Assembly: GCA_001643675.2 (NCBI GenBank)
Contig: LSRY02000037.1
Span: forward strand, 124,001-188,000
From: Monocercomonoides exilis PA203
Taxonomy: Eukaryota > Protista > Preaxostyla
Direction of reading: 5' to 3'
Length of the DNA: 64,000 bases
Below the pieces are notes generated by a model. That model ran no database searches, had not been told where the DNA came from, and was given only the letters and a program-made list of their open reading frames with translations. A program made the position numbers and the translations under genes. Below, piece after piece: positions 28,763 to 40,159 of the stretch (within the stretch, counting starts at the first letter, position 1; each line of letters begins with the position of its first letter).

Positions 28763-31700
28763 ATGCTCATAGAACTTTTGTTTCTTATTCGTTTTCAAAC
28801 TGTTAATTGCGATGGATGCAATATTCATGCTTCAACAATTCATGAACCTGCTCAACTGATATCATGCCTGAATGAATTTCCGGTATTATGCTGCTGATTC
28901 TTTCAATTTTTAAAGTATTTTATTTCCATTTTTAAGTTGAATGAGCTGGATAGTGTTACGTTGGCTATAAAAACATATTTCGATGGATATGCTTATCGTG
29001 ATAAAATGTTAAGAAAATTTTCATATTTCCATTCTTTGGGATATGACATTCAACATACACTTGATAACATTGAAAGAACAACTTATTCAAACGGCTTTCA
29101 AAAACACTTAGCAATTCTTGAAGCAGTTGGGAAAATGAATGATCCTCAAGCAACATACAGCCTTCCTTGCCCTCAAGACTTTCTGTATTTTTCTATTTTT
29201 AACTTTCAAATACGCTACCGGGAAGATGGTAGTCCAGATAAGGTGTACGTAGTGGAAGGACCAACAGGACTTTTATGGACATTCATAATGATGGGATTAG
29301 AAAAAAATATTGTTGGTCTTGAAGTTTCAGCAATTGCTTTTGATGGTGAAAATTATCCAGAAAATGAAACTCCAGCCGAGTCTATTGCAAAGTGGGTTGC
29401 AGAAAATTTGCATTTTACGAGAAATGTTGCAGCAAATTTAAACTATGCATTGATGATGCCTCTGGCATATCGACTTGCTGGGCAGTATCCTCCTCCTTCA
29501 GACTTCAAAATCAAATATTTGAGAGCGAAAACACCAGAAGACGACCAACCACAGCCAGCAGGCTCGAACGAGCTTTCAAAGAGTGCATTTTCAAATAATC
29601 CTAATAACAACAGAGACAATAATAATAATACCAATCAAGAGACCCCACCTGAGATGATTGAAGATGAATATCCCATCAGATTCTATGCGTTTTCGTCGAG
29701 CAACGTTGCAAATTTGACTGAATTTTGTCCGCAAATGCCACTTTACTACTCGAGAAACTCAAACAATGCTTCAGCTACACGTTCGCAATCGTCATTTTCT
29801 TCTTCTTCTTCTTCTTCCTCCTCCTCCTCCTCATCCTCTTCCTCTTCCGCTTCCTCTTCCGCTTCACCACACTCATCCAATAACTCCACACACACGCACA
29901 CTGTGGCTGCCTCCGCCTTCCGCCGAGCGCAGCAGAAGATGCTCAAGCGCCAAAGGCAGCTGTTTCTGGGGGGAATGCGCTATGCACTGGATGAAGGAGT
30001 GCTGGTTGGAATTGAAGGAGATGAAGAAGGAAGAGAAGGAAAAGAAGGAAAAGAAGGAGAAAAAGAAGGAGAAGGTAAGAGAATTGGAAGAGGGAATGGA
30101 AATGACGAAAATATTGATGATGGTAACAACAATACAAATAATAATAATATTGAATCAGATTTCAATGAAAGTGATGGTGTTGGCAATGAAGATAGGCGGA
30201 AAGAAAAGAAATTTGTTAACAAAGCAGCCAAAAGCAGTAAAAGTAGCAAAAACAGAAGAGGATGTGCGAAAAGAAGAGGAATTCACTTTTGTCTGGATGA
30301 TGATGACATCAATGCAAAGATTGCAAAAGTGTTTGAAAAAGAAGGAAAAGAAGGAAAAGAAGGAAAAGAAGGAAAAGAAGGAAAAGAAGGAGAAAGAGAA
30401 GGAAGAGAAAGAGAAGGAAAAGATACAACATTCAATGGAGATAGAGAAGAAGAAGAAGAAGAAGAAGAAGAAGTCAAAGACGAAGATGATGGTAAATACC
30501 CTCCCTTCACAACATCTTCATTCATCAGCCGCTTCAACTTTGATATAAGCCAAATCAAAATGTCACCAGAGTTAATGAAAAAAGCATATCACATCGAAAA
30601 TAAGACAAGAAATGCTGACAAGAATACTCAGAACAATCAATGGAATTCAGTTGATGCAAAATCATCTTCTTCGTCATCTTTCTCTTCCTCTTCTCCCTCC
30701 TCTTCCTCTTCCTCTTCCTCCATTCAAACTCCACCAAATCTCAATCAAATCTCCAACCACCATCAAAATGAACCAGATGTGCAGTATCTTCACTTCCATC
30801 GCTCTCAACACTCAAAAGAGCAGCTGATGAAACAATACTCAAATACATTGAACACAAACAATGATGATATTTCTTCTTCTTCTTCTTCTTCTTCTTCCTC
30901 TTCCTCTTCCTCCTCTTCTCCTTCTTTCTCTTATTATTCATCTCCAAATTTCCAATCAGACTTTTTTGATACAACTGTCTCTATTCCAATTGTGCCCGTT
31001 AATTCGAAATTGCGTCGTTCTCATTCAAATTTGCCAAGCAATGAAGAAAATGAATCATCATTATTATTCACTTCGAATTCATCATCATCATCATCATCTT
31101 CTTCTTCTTCTTCTCTTTTACGTAGTTTACGTTCAACGCCTTCTTTAACAATTCCAAGACCTCATTCATACAAACACATTGTCAGACACAACAAAGTGGA
31201 AAAGACAAAATTTAACAGAAAAGATTGGAAGAGCAACAATCAAACAACGTCTGATACAGATAATGTTGATGAAATTGCAAATAACACAAATCTTTTGAAC
31301 AATAATTTAGTTCATAATAAAACTTCATCTTCTTTTTCCTCCTCCTCCTCCTCCTCCTCTTCTTCTTCTTCCTCTTTCCCAAATGCAGCCGGCGACCCAC
31401 TCACCCTCAATCTCATCCTCTATGCAAAGGGAGTCGTTTCCTATTATTCCCACGATCTGAAGCTGGGTGTGCTTGTCATCTCCTCTTTCAGCTCCTCTTC
31501 CTCTTCTGTGTTTGCCCAGGCTGTCCTGACAGCTCTGGAAGAATACGCCAAATTAGATGCCGAGAAGCTGATCATTGACTTAAGGATGAACACAGGGGGT
31601 TATCTGGATCTGGCCTACGGATTGTTCAAAATCTTGTCTCCGAACAGTTTCCCTGTTTACCCAGAAGCAGACATGGCAAAGTCTCCATTGAATGATTACT

Positions 31701-33328
31701 TAGCCCCTCTGCTGCTGGATGGGCAAGGAGTGGCAATGACAGACTACACGACGTTAGAGAGGATTGGCGATTGGTATGCTCAAACGGTGGAGAAGACAGA
31801 AACAATGGAAGAGGCGCCTTTCACATCACGCACAAGGCAGTGGTCAAAGCCCGCAGCACGCAACTCTGAGCTGAACGACTACTTTGCAGCGTATGCGGAT
31901 GTGATTCTGGAGACGTACAAGGAGAAAAAACCGTTCGATGCGCACTCCATCATCCTCCTCACTGACGGATTGTGTGGCAGCGCCTGTGCCCATTTCGTGA
32001 AGCACATGCAAGTCTCGCACGCCGCACGAGTAGCCACTTTGGGAGTGGATCCGCGTGATCCTCAAGGGGATGTTGATTCGAGCTCGTTTGCCGGCGGAAC
32101 GGTGCTCAGCTCAGACACCATTGAGGCTGTGGCAATGCAGCCGGATTCAGGCATTGATCTGACGAAGCTGCCGCCCACGATGCCGCGCAAGGGGATGAGC
32201 CAGACGTTTACTGTGCTGGACATGCACAGCTGGGAATGGGGGGAGAGAGAAGATGGGCTGCCGCTGGAGTTCAAATTCACTCCGCCGGATTGGATTGCAC
32301 CGAGAACGCCGTCGTTGGACGATATGGAGATTGAGTCACGGCTGCAGATGTGTGTGTCGGTGGCAGAGCTGTTTCAGGAGAGGGCAGCGTGGGAGGTGAA
32401 GGAGGATGCTGCATGCACAGGAGTGACAAGCTTGTCGGGGGGCGTGTGGAATGGAACGGAGGTGGTTGAGAAGGAGAAGGAGAAGGAGAGGAGGAAGATG
32501 AATGAGATGAAGGGAAAACAAGAAAAGAAAGAAGGAAAATTGTCATTTGTGTTTTCTTTTATTCTGAAATTATTTGGTATATCAAACAAAAACTCTCTTT
32601 CATCAGCACATTCTTCTTCTTCCACCAAGCACTTCTTCCCTCGTTCTTTCCAATCCTCTTCCTCTTCTGCGCACAAAATCTTTGGTCGCCCAATCGATCC
32701 AGCCACAGGTGAGTTTTCAACCACAATATGTGTCTTTGCGAGGTGCGATGATGGTTTTTATTTGAATGCAGACGATGTTTGTGTGGAGATACCGAAGCTT
32801 CCAGAGCTTCCACAACAGGAGCCGACGATCAATCCGAAGGATTTGACGCCACCTCCACCACTGGAGGAGAGCGGAAGAGTGGAAGGAGGAGGAGGAGGAG
32901 GAGAAGAGGCGATGAAGATGGAAAGGCAGATCGAAGGAGAAGCTGAGGAGAAGAAGAAAGAATCTACTCCATCTCCTTCCTCTCCTTCCTCTCCTTCCTC
33001 TCCTTCCTCTCCTTCCTCTTCCTCTTCTCCATCTTCTATTTCATCATCTGTGCTTATTTCAGTCATTGTTATAGCAGCTGTGGGAATGGTGGCTATTATT
33101 TCTCTTTTGATTGTTTTGTCTTTTGTAATGCGACAATCATCCGATCGTGCTGGAAAACGGAATACAAAAAGGATATTTCCATTTGACTCAAAAGGAGAAA
33201 GAGCAGAAGTTGGGTTCGAAGAAGAAGAAAGCGTGGTTGCCCTGACAGAAGGAAGCAGAAGAGGAAGTGTGGATGTGAGGAAAATGAAAGAGATGGAAGA
33301 GGGAGAGGAGGAGGAGGAAGAAGAATAA
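28763..33328 (+). CDS. Signal-peptide-bearing, C-terminally membrane-anchored peptidase S41-family (tail-specific/CPAF-like) protein, ~1,503 aa; exons 28763-28882 and 28937-33328
   Basis: Exon 1 MLIELLFLIRFQTVNC...CLNEFP joins in frame through a 54-nt GT..AG intron. S41 motifs LIIDLRMNTGGY (~31570) and LLTDGLCGSACAHF (Ser at 31979). Hydrophobic TM VLISVIVIAAVGMVAIISLLIVLSFVM at ~33050-33130. Confidence 0.8.
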
Positions 33329-33593
33329 AAAATTGATTGTTTTATTTTTTTTAATTTATAAGAAGGATTTGAGGATGCTGAGCAGGTGTTTTTGTTGGGG
33401 ATTGAAAAAAATCTGGTTTGTTTTCTTTTCTTCTTCCTTCTTATTCTTTTTCTTTCTCTTTCATTCATTTTTTCTTTGCTTTGAAAGACGAAGTTAGTTG
33501 TTTACTGTTTATTTTATAAAAGTCAAATTGCTAAGTTATTTTAATGTTTGTGATGGAAGAAGGGAGAAGGAAGTGAATGAAATGTTGAACAGT

Positions 33594-33594
<1 letters not shown>

Positions 33595-33649
<55 letters not shown>
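33595..33649. repeat. (AG)~27 microsatellite
   Basis: Perfect AG run seen directly. Confidence 0.97.
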
Positions 33650-33652
<3 letters not shown>

Positions 33653-35227
33653 AATGTATTCATTTAACCTGTTTTTAACGAGCATAAATTGCCTTGCGTT
33701 ACTTTTTTCATAGAATGCTTTTTTTATTTTTAATAGTTCATTTTCAAGAGCAAATTGTGAATATATGCTTTTCTTTTCTTTTTAATTCTTTTCTTTCTTC
33801 CTTTCATCTTTTTCTTTTCATTAAACAATTCTTTTTGTCATTTATATCCGCAAATTATTTAATTAGAGTTTGGAATAAGAGCAGTGTTGTTTTTGCTTCG
33901 TTGAATGATAGTCTTACAATTATATATTTTTTTGAATTTTTCATTTTTCTAATTCTTTTCCTTTTGTTTGTCTTCAATTATCTTTTAACTTTTATTCAAG
34001 AAATAAGATTTCATATCTCCTTTTATACTCTTTCAATTTCTTTTCTTTTCTTTTCTGTTTACTCTTTGTTTAATCTCTGTCTATTCGTAGCATCTTTGAT
34101 TTCTTTCGTTATATAAGGAATTTATCATTATTAGCATCAAACTCATTTCTCCTTCTCCTTCTCCTTCTCTTTCTTTCATGTTGTTTAATTAGTCTTATGT
34201 TTTTTCTTAAAAATTCACTTCAGTTATTCTTTTCTTGTTTGTTAGATCTTTCTCATAATGTGTGATATTATCATTTCTAAAGAAACAATTAAATTTTGAA
34301 ATTTATTGAAAAACCAAGCAAATAATAACTTTCTTCAATTTAATGAAAAAAAGAATGAAAGGGTAATATAAATGTTAAACTTATTTCTCGAATTTTCATC
34401 TTTCATCTCTTGCTTTCTATTTGTTGATTGTTTCAAATGAATCACAACGACACACAAAACAATTCTCAAAATAAAAAAGTAAAAGAGAAATGAGAAAAAA
34501 AGAACAGAAAAGAAAAAGAAAGAAATTTTGAAATGAGAAAAGTCAAAAATAAATAAAAAAAACGATTGTTTGATGATAAGAAAATTGAAAGAACTTTAAG
34601 AAAAGATTGCTTCATTTCTTAAAGTTTTGTATAAACGAGTTATACAAGAAATAAAAATGAGCATGAAAGGTTATTCACAAAAATTATGAAAAAAAAAAAA
34701 ATCTTTTGTTTTTTTAATTCGAATCTCAAAAATGTTGAAAGAAAAAAATTTACTTTGAAAAAAAAGTCATTTCAAAAAGAAAAAACAAATTTGAAACAAT
34801 AAGAAGAAAACAATTTAATAATAATAAAAAAAATAAAAAATCCTAGGAAAAAAATGTCTTCTAAGATTTTCAAAAAATAAAACCGCTTGAAAATTACAAT
34901 TGAAAATAAAAAGAAAAGAAAAGAAAAATTGCGTTGATATTTAACACAAATAGGAATGAATTCACATGAACGTCCAAATTAACTAAGCTAATGAATTTCA
35001 ACAATAAAATAAGAAATAATCATAATAAAATAAATAAATAAGAAACTCTTCACATATATTTCGGAGAATGAAATATTTAGGAAATTTAGATTTCATGAAT
35101 TAGTCTTCTGAAATGCATGTACACCTTCCACAAAGACAAGAATCTCTCAAAAGAAATACCGATCTTTGCTAATATTCGAATTTTGGAATGAATTTTTTCC
35201 ACCAACAAAATCAAATTTTTTGTGTTC

Positions 35228-36614
35228 TTAGCCAAGATATCCGAGTTTCTTGATGTATTTGTACCTGATTGAAAAAAAAGTGAGCAAGGCAATTAAAAGT
35301 ACAATCAAATATAAAAATAAAAACAATAAATAAATAAATAAATAAATAAAAAAATAAAATAAAAAATAAAAAGAATTTTTAAAATATTAACACACTGTTC
35401 GGGTATTTCCATCAAGCAATGCATTGCAAACATTGGCGCAAAGTTTTCTGAATATTTCCTTTGGATTGCGTGAAACTCAACAAATTGGAACTGAAGGGAT
35501 TTATGAATATTCCAAGAATTCATATAAATATATAATTTGTTCAATCCAAATGTACACATAATAATTTATTTTGAAAAAAAAGAGTGAAACAGAATTATTA
35601 TCAAATAAAAATTTAAAAAAAATAACATTTTTTTCACATACGTTATCGAACTTTCGTGTTGGCAATTTATCATCGAATTTTTTCATTAGATCCCAGGGAC
35701 CATCACCAACACCAATACAAATAATTGAAAGCGGATAATTTGACGCCTCCACAATTGCTTCACTTGTAGCTTTTTCTGCTGTCACTTCTCCATCTGTTAC
35801 AATTATCAAAATATGATACTGAAAAAAAGAATAGAAATTTACGAAAAACATAATATTTTAAGCGGATGATAATTGATCCAAGGAAACTATCAAAACACAC
35901 TGAACGTTCTTTTTTAACGATTTCAATCGCTTTATGTATCAAAGGAGCAAAATTTGTTGGTCCTGAAAGATTAATTCCTGGTGTTATTCCTCTGTATCTG
36001 TCTAACACTTCCATAAATCCAACCGGCTCTCTGTCAGGAAAGAAAGGAAATACACTTTTATCTCTAAAATTGTACCATTTCGTTTTTAAACAATCATAAA
36101 AATTAAAACGTATATAAAAATTTCTGATGCATAACACACGAAGTGTATATATCGCCAAAGCCAAAAGACGGAATGATATGGTCATCTTATAAAATAAAAT
36201 TTTTTTTGAAGAAAGAAATACAAAACTTTATCAAACAAAACACTGATCATACCATCAAAAGGCTCAAGTGTTTCTCCGATAAGTCGTATGACTTGCATAT
36301 ATGGATTTTCAACCGAAGCATCATGGAGGTTCCTTCCATTAAAAGTTCTTTCACCCTTCGCAAATAAAAAAAATTCAATTTTTCAAAGCTCAGCATAAGA
36401 TCCTTTAAAATTTGTACAAACGGTATATAAATTTGATTTTGTGTAATCAATTCCAAAAATTAAATTCGAACTTTCAAGCCCTGCTTGTCGAATTGCTGTT
36501 TGAACCTTATAAAAAGCATCAGTGATAATCACAAATATAAGGAAAAAATTCAACTTCTTTAATTGATTTATATTTATCTGGAATCGGCTTTGATGTTGAT
36601 GATTCACAACCCAT
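35228..36614 (-). CDS. Copine/RGLG-type vWA-domain protein, 254 aa, 8 exons (36614-36555, 36505-36422, 36355-36253, 36185-36140, 36063-35901, 35818-35642, 35490-35396, 35264-35228)
   Basis: Seven GT..AG introns give a 765-nt in-frame CDS. Motifs [87 protein letters not shown] and LMEIPEQY are typical of the RGLG/copine vWA domain. Confidence 0.9.
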
Positions 36615-37086
36615 TTGATCAATAATTGCCCATAACTCTAAATGTTTTATAGAAATAACAAAAACTAAAACAGAGAAACAATTTCTTTTCATTTCTAAAA
36701 TTTAAATGAACAAAAATTCAAAAATAGATACTGGGAAATTTTAAAACGTTTCGTGAAATTTGAGTGTTTGAAATTTGATATCTAATACTTTTTTGAATAT
36801 TATTCCAAAGAAAAAAACTTTGATCAAGCGTTAAACCTTACAGCTGTACCACCATTTCATATGGATTTTGTTCTTTGTATATTGTTCCTCTCAAATGAAC
36901 GAACGAAATTATTTGTTATTTTCTGTATTGTTTTGAAACAAAGAATAAGAAACATTGTAGCCAATCGATGAAATACACGTGGCTTCTTCGAATGTGACTT
37001 GTCAAAAAATGTACCACTGCGACTCTGCCCCAATGAAGCACTCAGTACGACTGACATAAAAATAAGATTTAAATGAAACAATTTAC

Positions 37087-37943
37087 TTAACGTGAACTTT
37101 CTCTTCTGCCCTTCCATGCTTCAGGAGATATTGAACGGGGATGTGAAGATCTTGAACGAGATTTTCTCGATCCACGTGGAACTGAACGACTGTATGAGCG
37201 GCGCCTCGGTGAACGTGAATATCTACGTGGACTTCGAGAATACCTTCGTGGACTTCTGGAATATCTACGCGGGCTTCTTGAATAGTATCTTGGGCTTCTG
37301 GAATATCTTCTTGGCGATCTTGATCTTGAACGATATGAATGAGATCTGCTTCTTGAGCGATATCCTCTTCTTGAAGGTTCTCTGGAATCTCTCATCCATG
37401 GTCTATTACTGTTATGCGGTTCAGGACAATCTCTTGCCAGATGTCCTGGTTTTCCACAATTAAAGCACCCAACAGAACGAGGAGCACGACGTGGAGGTTC
37501 GGGACAGTCTCTTGAAATGTGGTCCTGAGATCCACAGTTGTAACATCCAGTCCTCGAACTCCTTTCTCCAGGCTTAGAATGCGATTCTTCAACGGTAATC
37601 GTTCTCCCAAACATTTCCTTTTTGTCCATTTCCCTGATTGCCTCCTCAGCACATTTTGGATCGCGATACACCTTGGATAGAAAAATAAAAGATTATTAAA
37701 TCAGTTTATTACGATAAAAGATTATCATAGAAAGCAATGATATCATTGTTAAGCAAACAACAAAACATTTAAAAAAATGCAAGCTTTGAAAAAAGAAAAA
37801 GCAGATAAAATACATACAACAAAAGCATAACCAGTTTTCGCGACGAAAGAGTCTATTTCCCCAAATTTGCTAAATGCATTTTTCAGTTCATCTTCTGAAA
37901 ATCCGAATCCAAGCCCCCCAATGTACAATCTTCCACTTGACAT
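37087..37943 (-). CDS. SR splicing factor: RRM + two CCHC zinc knuckles + RS domain (SRSF7/RS2Z-like), 236 aa; exons 37943-37818 and 37671-37087
   Basis: RNP2 LYIGGL and RNP1 TGYAFVVY joined across a 146-nt GT..AG intron. Knuckles [14 protein letters not shown] and [16 protein letters not shown] tail with tandem RRYSRSP repeats. Confidence 0.92.
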
Positions 37944-37959
37944 TTCGATCTTCCCATTT

Positions 37960-37969
37960 CCTAGAATGA
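37960..37969 (-). promoter_or_regulatory. Candidate initiator-like/5'-end motif TCATTCTAGG, 16 nt upstream of the SR-gene ATG
   Basis: A near-identical motif lies at identical spacing before the DcpS ATG. Function is inferred only. Confidence 0.35.
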
Positions 37970-38686
37970 GAAAAACATATACCCATTATGCTTTATTATA
38001 GATTCGTAAAGTTTTTCCTTTGTTTAACTGTAATGTTTCTAACCAATTTCATTACCCCAAGATATTAGAAGTGTTTCATCTGATGAATTCAATAATCTAA
38101 AATAGCATTTGTACGAAAATGAATGATTTAGAAAAATTTATTTCTTTGAATGGAAAAATGAAAAATAATGTGATTTTTAATTTCTTTTGGTTAAAAATTT
38201 TGCTCAGAACAGAAGAAAATGTAAGGATTATAAAAGCACAAAAACGATGTTAACGAGCAAAATGGAATAATATTCAAGATTCTGAAAATTAAGTTAAAAA
38301 TCAAAAAACTGGAAAAGGAGAAAAACAAAGATAAAAACAATAAGAAAATACTTAGCTAAGATGAAAGAAAAAATAACGTGCAATTTCGCCTCAGCATAAG
38401 AGAATAAAATGGTCAAGCACCTTAATCCAATTTAATTAATGAATTTTGATTTCTCGTTGACATCTGAAATTTTTTTAATTCAGTTATTCTCTAATATAAA
38501 CTAACTTAGTAGAGAATTCAACGTTTGAAAAAAAAAATTCTCAAGAATAAATGCTCTCAACTTTCTGATTGCTAAAAAAAAACTAGCAAAAGTACAAATA
38601 TTCAATCAATAAAAAAAAAATTGCACGAAGCAATGAAGATGGATGCCATAAAAAAATTATCTTCAAAAGAATAATATCTAAATTGT

Positions 38687-38891
38687 GGCTGATCCCCTTT
38701 GAAATCAAACTTTCGTTCGAGTTTTGATCAAAAATTTTTTTTCAATGAGAATAAGAAATTTCATGTTTTTCTAAATTAACTATTTAATAAATAGTGTTCA
38801 TGTGCTTTCAGCACTTTTTTCGTTATTCTCATTGAGAAAAAAAAAATTGATAAAAACTCGAACGAAAATATGATTTCAAAGAGGATCAGCC
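38687..38891. mobile_element. ~205-bp MITE with ~68-bp terminal inverted repeats
   Basis: GGCTGATCCCCTTTGAAATCAAACTTTCGTTCGAGTTTTGATCAA...TCAATGAGAATAA pairs with TTATTCTCATTGA...TTGATAAAAACTCGAACGAAAATATGATTTCAAAGAGGATCAGCC. No TSD recognised. Confidence 0.8.
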
Positions 38892-38936
38892 AGATGCTAT
38901 TTCAGCATCAAAATAATAGCGGATGGCAAAAAAAAA

Positions 38937-39967
38937 TTACTCCTCAAAGACAAAACCGTCTGCTTTCATAGCCGAAACAATTTCGTGTGTCTCTGAAAGA
39001 GGAATTGTCAAGTTAGATTTCTGATAATATTCTGGGTCCCTCTGCAGATTGTCAATAATGTCATCAACCAAGATACACCTAGGCCCACGCATATCTCCTC
39101 TTTCAATGTTTATCACGTGGTAGTGCAGTTGCATAAACGAAGGGAGGTAATGCACGTAGCATAACAACTGTGCTGAAGGTACTCCGTATTTGGCTTTTGC
39201 AGCTTTCATCGCTTCTTCTTTCATTCTTTTCAAAAATTCAATGTGACTTCCATTGATATCGCGAAGAGATTTGATTTTTCTTGTCTTTGCCAAAACGGTA
39301 AAGTAAAGATACTTCATATTTCTTTCATCCCATTTGGTATCTGGAACGATTGTAAACCCTGTTTCAGGATCATCATCATGATAAATAACTCTCTCTTTTT
39401 CAGATATCCCATCGAGAATGTTCCAAACCCATTTCAATTCCTTTTCAACTGCTCTTGATTCGATGTATGATTTCACGTATTTTGAATAGATTTCTGGAGT
39501 CTCGCGAAGGACCAAAGTTTTCGTTGGTGTGTACTATTTTTTGATATTTGTTTGATATTTCAAAAAATAAGTGAAAATAAGAACAGAAAATTAAACAAAA
39601 TATGATATACCTTTTCAATGTCCTTTGGTGTTGCTGGATAGATTAGTTTTACAAATAGAGGATTGAGTCGAGGATCACATTTTCCAATAAAATTGTAAAA
39701 CTTGTCGTTGTGCTGAAGATTTTGGAGAAATTCAACAGGTAATATTTTATCTCCTTCCTCTGATCCAGCAAAAAAGATTGGAATATTGCTCTCTTCGAAC
39801 TGTGCCTTCAACAGAAATACAAGCGCAGGCTCAGGCTTTCCAGTCATATTTCCAGTAGCAAGCACGATCATATTTTGAGTTTCAGGAATAATGTTTAAAA
39901 TTTTTTCAAATTTAAAATCAGCCAAAGATTGGGGCATTATTTCCTTTGCTTGAGACTCTTCTGCCAT
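38937..39967 (-). CDS. DCPS: Scavenger mRNA-decapping enzyme (m7GpppX diphosphatase, HIT family), 317 aa; exons 39967-39611 and 39533-38937
   Basis: LIYPATPKDIEK|Y...RETPEIY, WVWNILDGISEKERVIY, PDTKWD, IKSLRD, HYLPSFMQLHYH and DDIIDNL match DcpS motifs. The 77-nt GT..AG intron is in phase 0. Confidence 0.93.
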
Positions 39968-39983
39968 TTTGATTCTTCACGAT

Positions 39984-39993
39984 CCTAAGATGA
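39984..39993 (-). promoter_or_regulatory. Candidate initiator-like/5'-end motif TCATCTTAGG, 16 nt upstream of the DcpS ATG, within a 192-bp divergent intergenic region
   Basis: Matches the motif before the SR gene. The divergent partner ATG is at 40160. Confidence 0.35.
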
Positions 39994-40159
39994 CTAATAT
40001 TGGGGCCTTTTTTTGAAACATTATTCCTTTGATTTATAAATCACAAAAAAAATGTACAGTAATAATTTCATAAACTGGTTTGTTGTTTAATAAAAAACAG
40101 ACTTTTTCTGTTTCCCAAAAAGTAATTTATAAATCGTTTTATTATATTTTTTTTATCAT

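Noticed and set aside
33694-34116. 140-aa hydrophobic ORF
   Set aside because: T-rich intergenic sequence giving a Phe/Leu/Ile bias, with a non-ATG start and no motif.
37200-37330. Heptad repeats (YSRSPRR) as an RNA polymerase II CTD mimic
   Set aside because: Ordinary RS/SP repeats of an SR protein; they lack the YSPTSPS consensus.
38377-38627. Possible inverted repeat CGTGCAATTT / AAATTGCACG
   Set aside because: Only ~10 bp match with no extension; compatible with chance.
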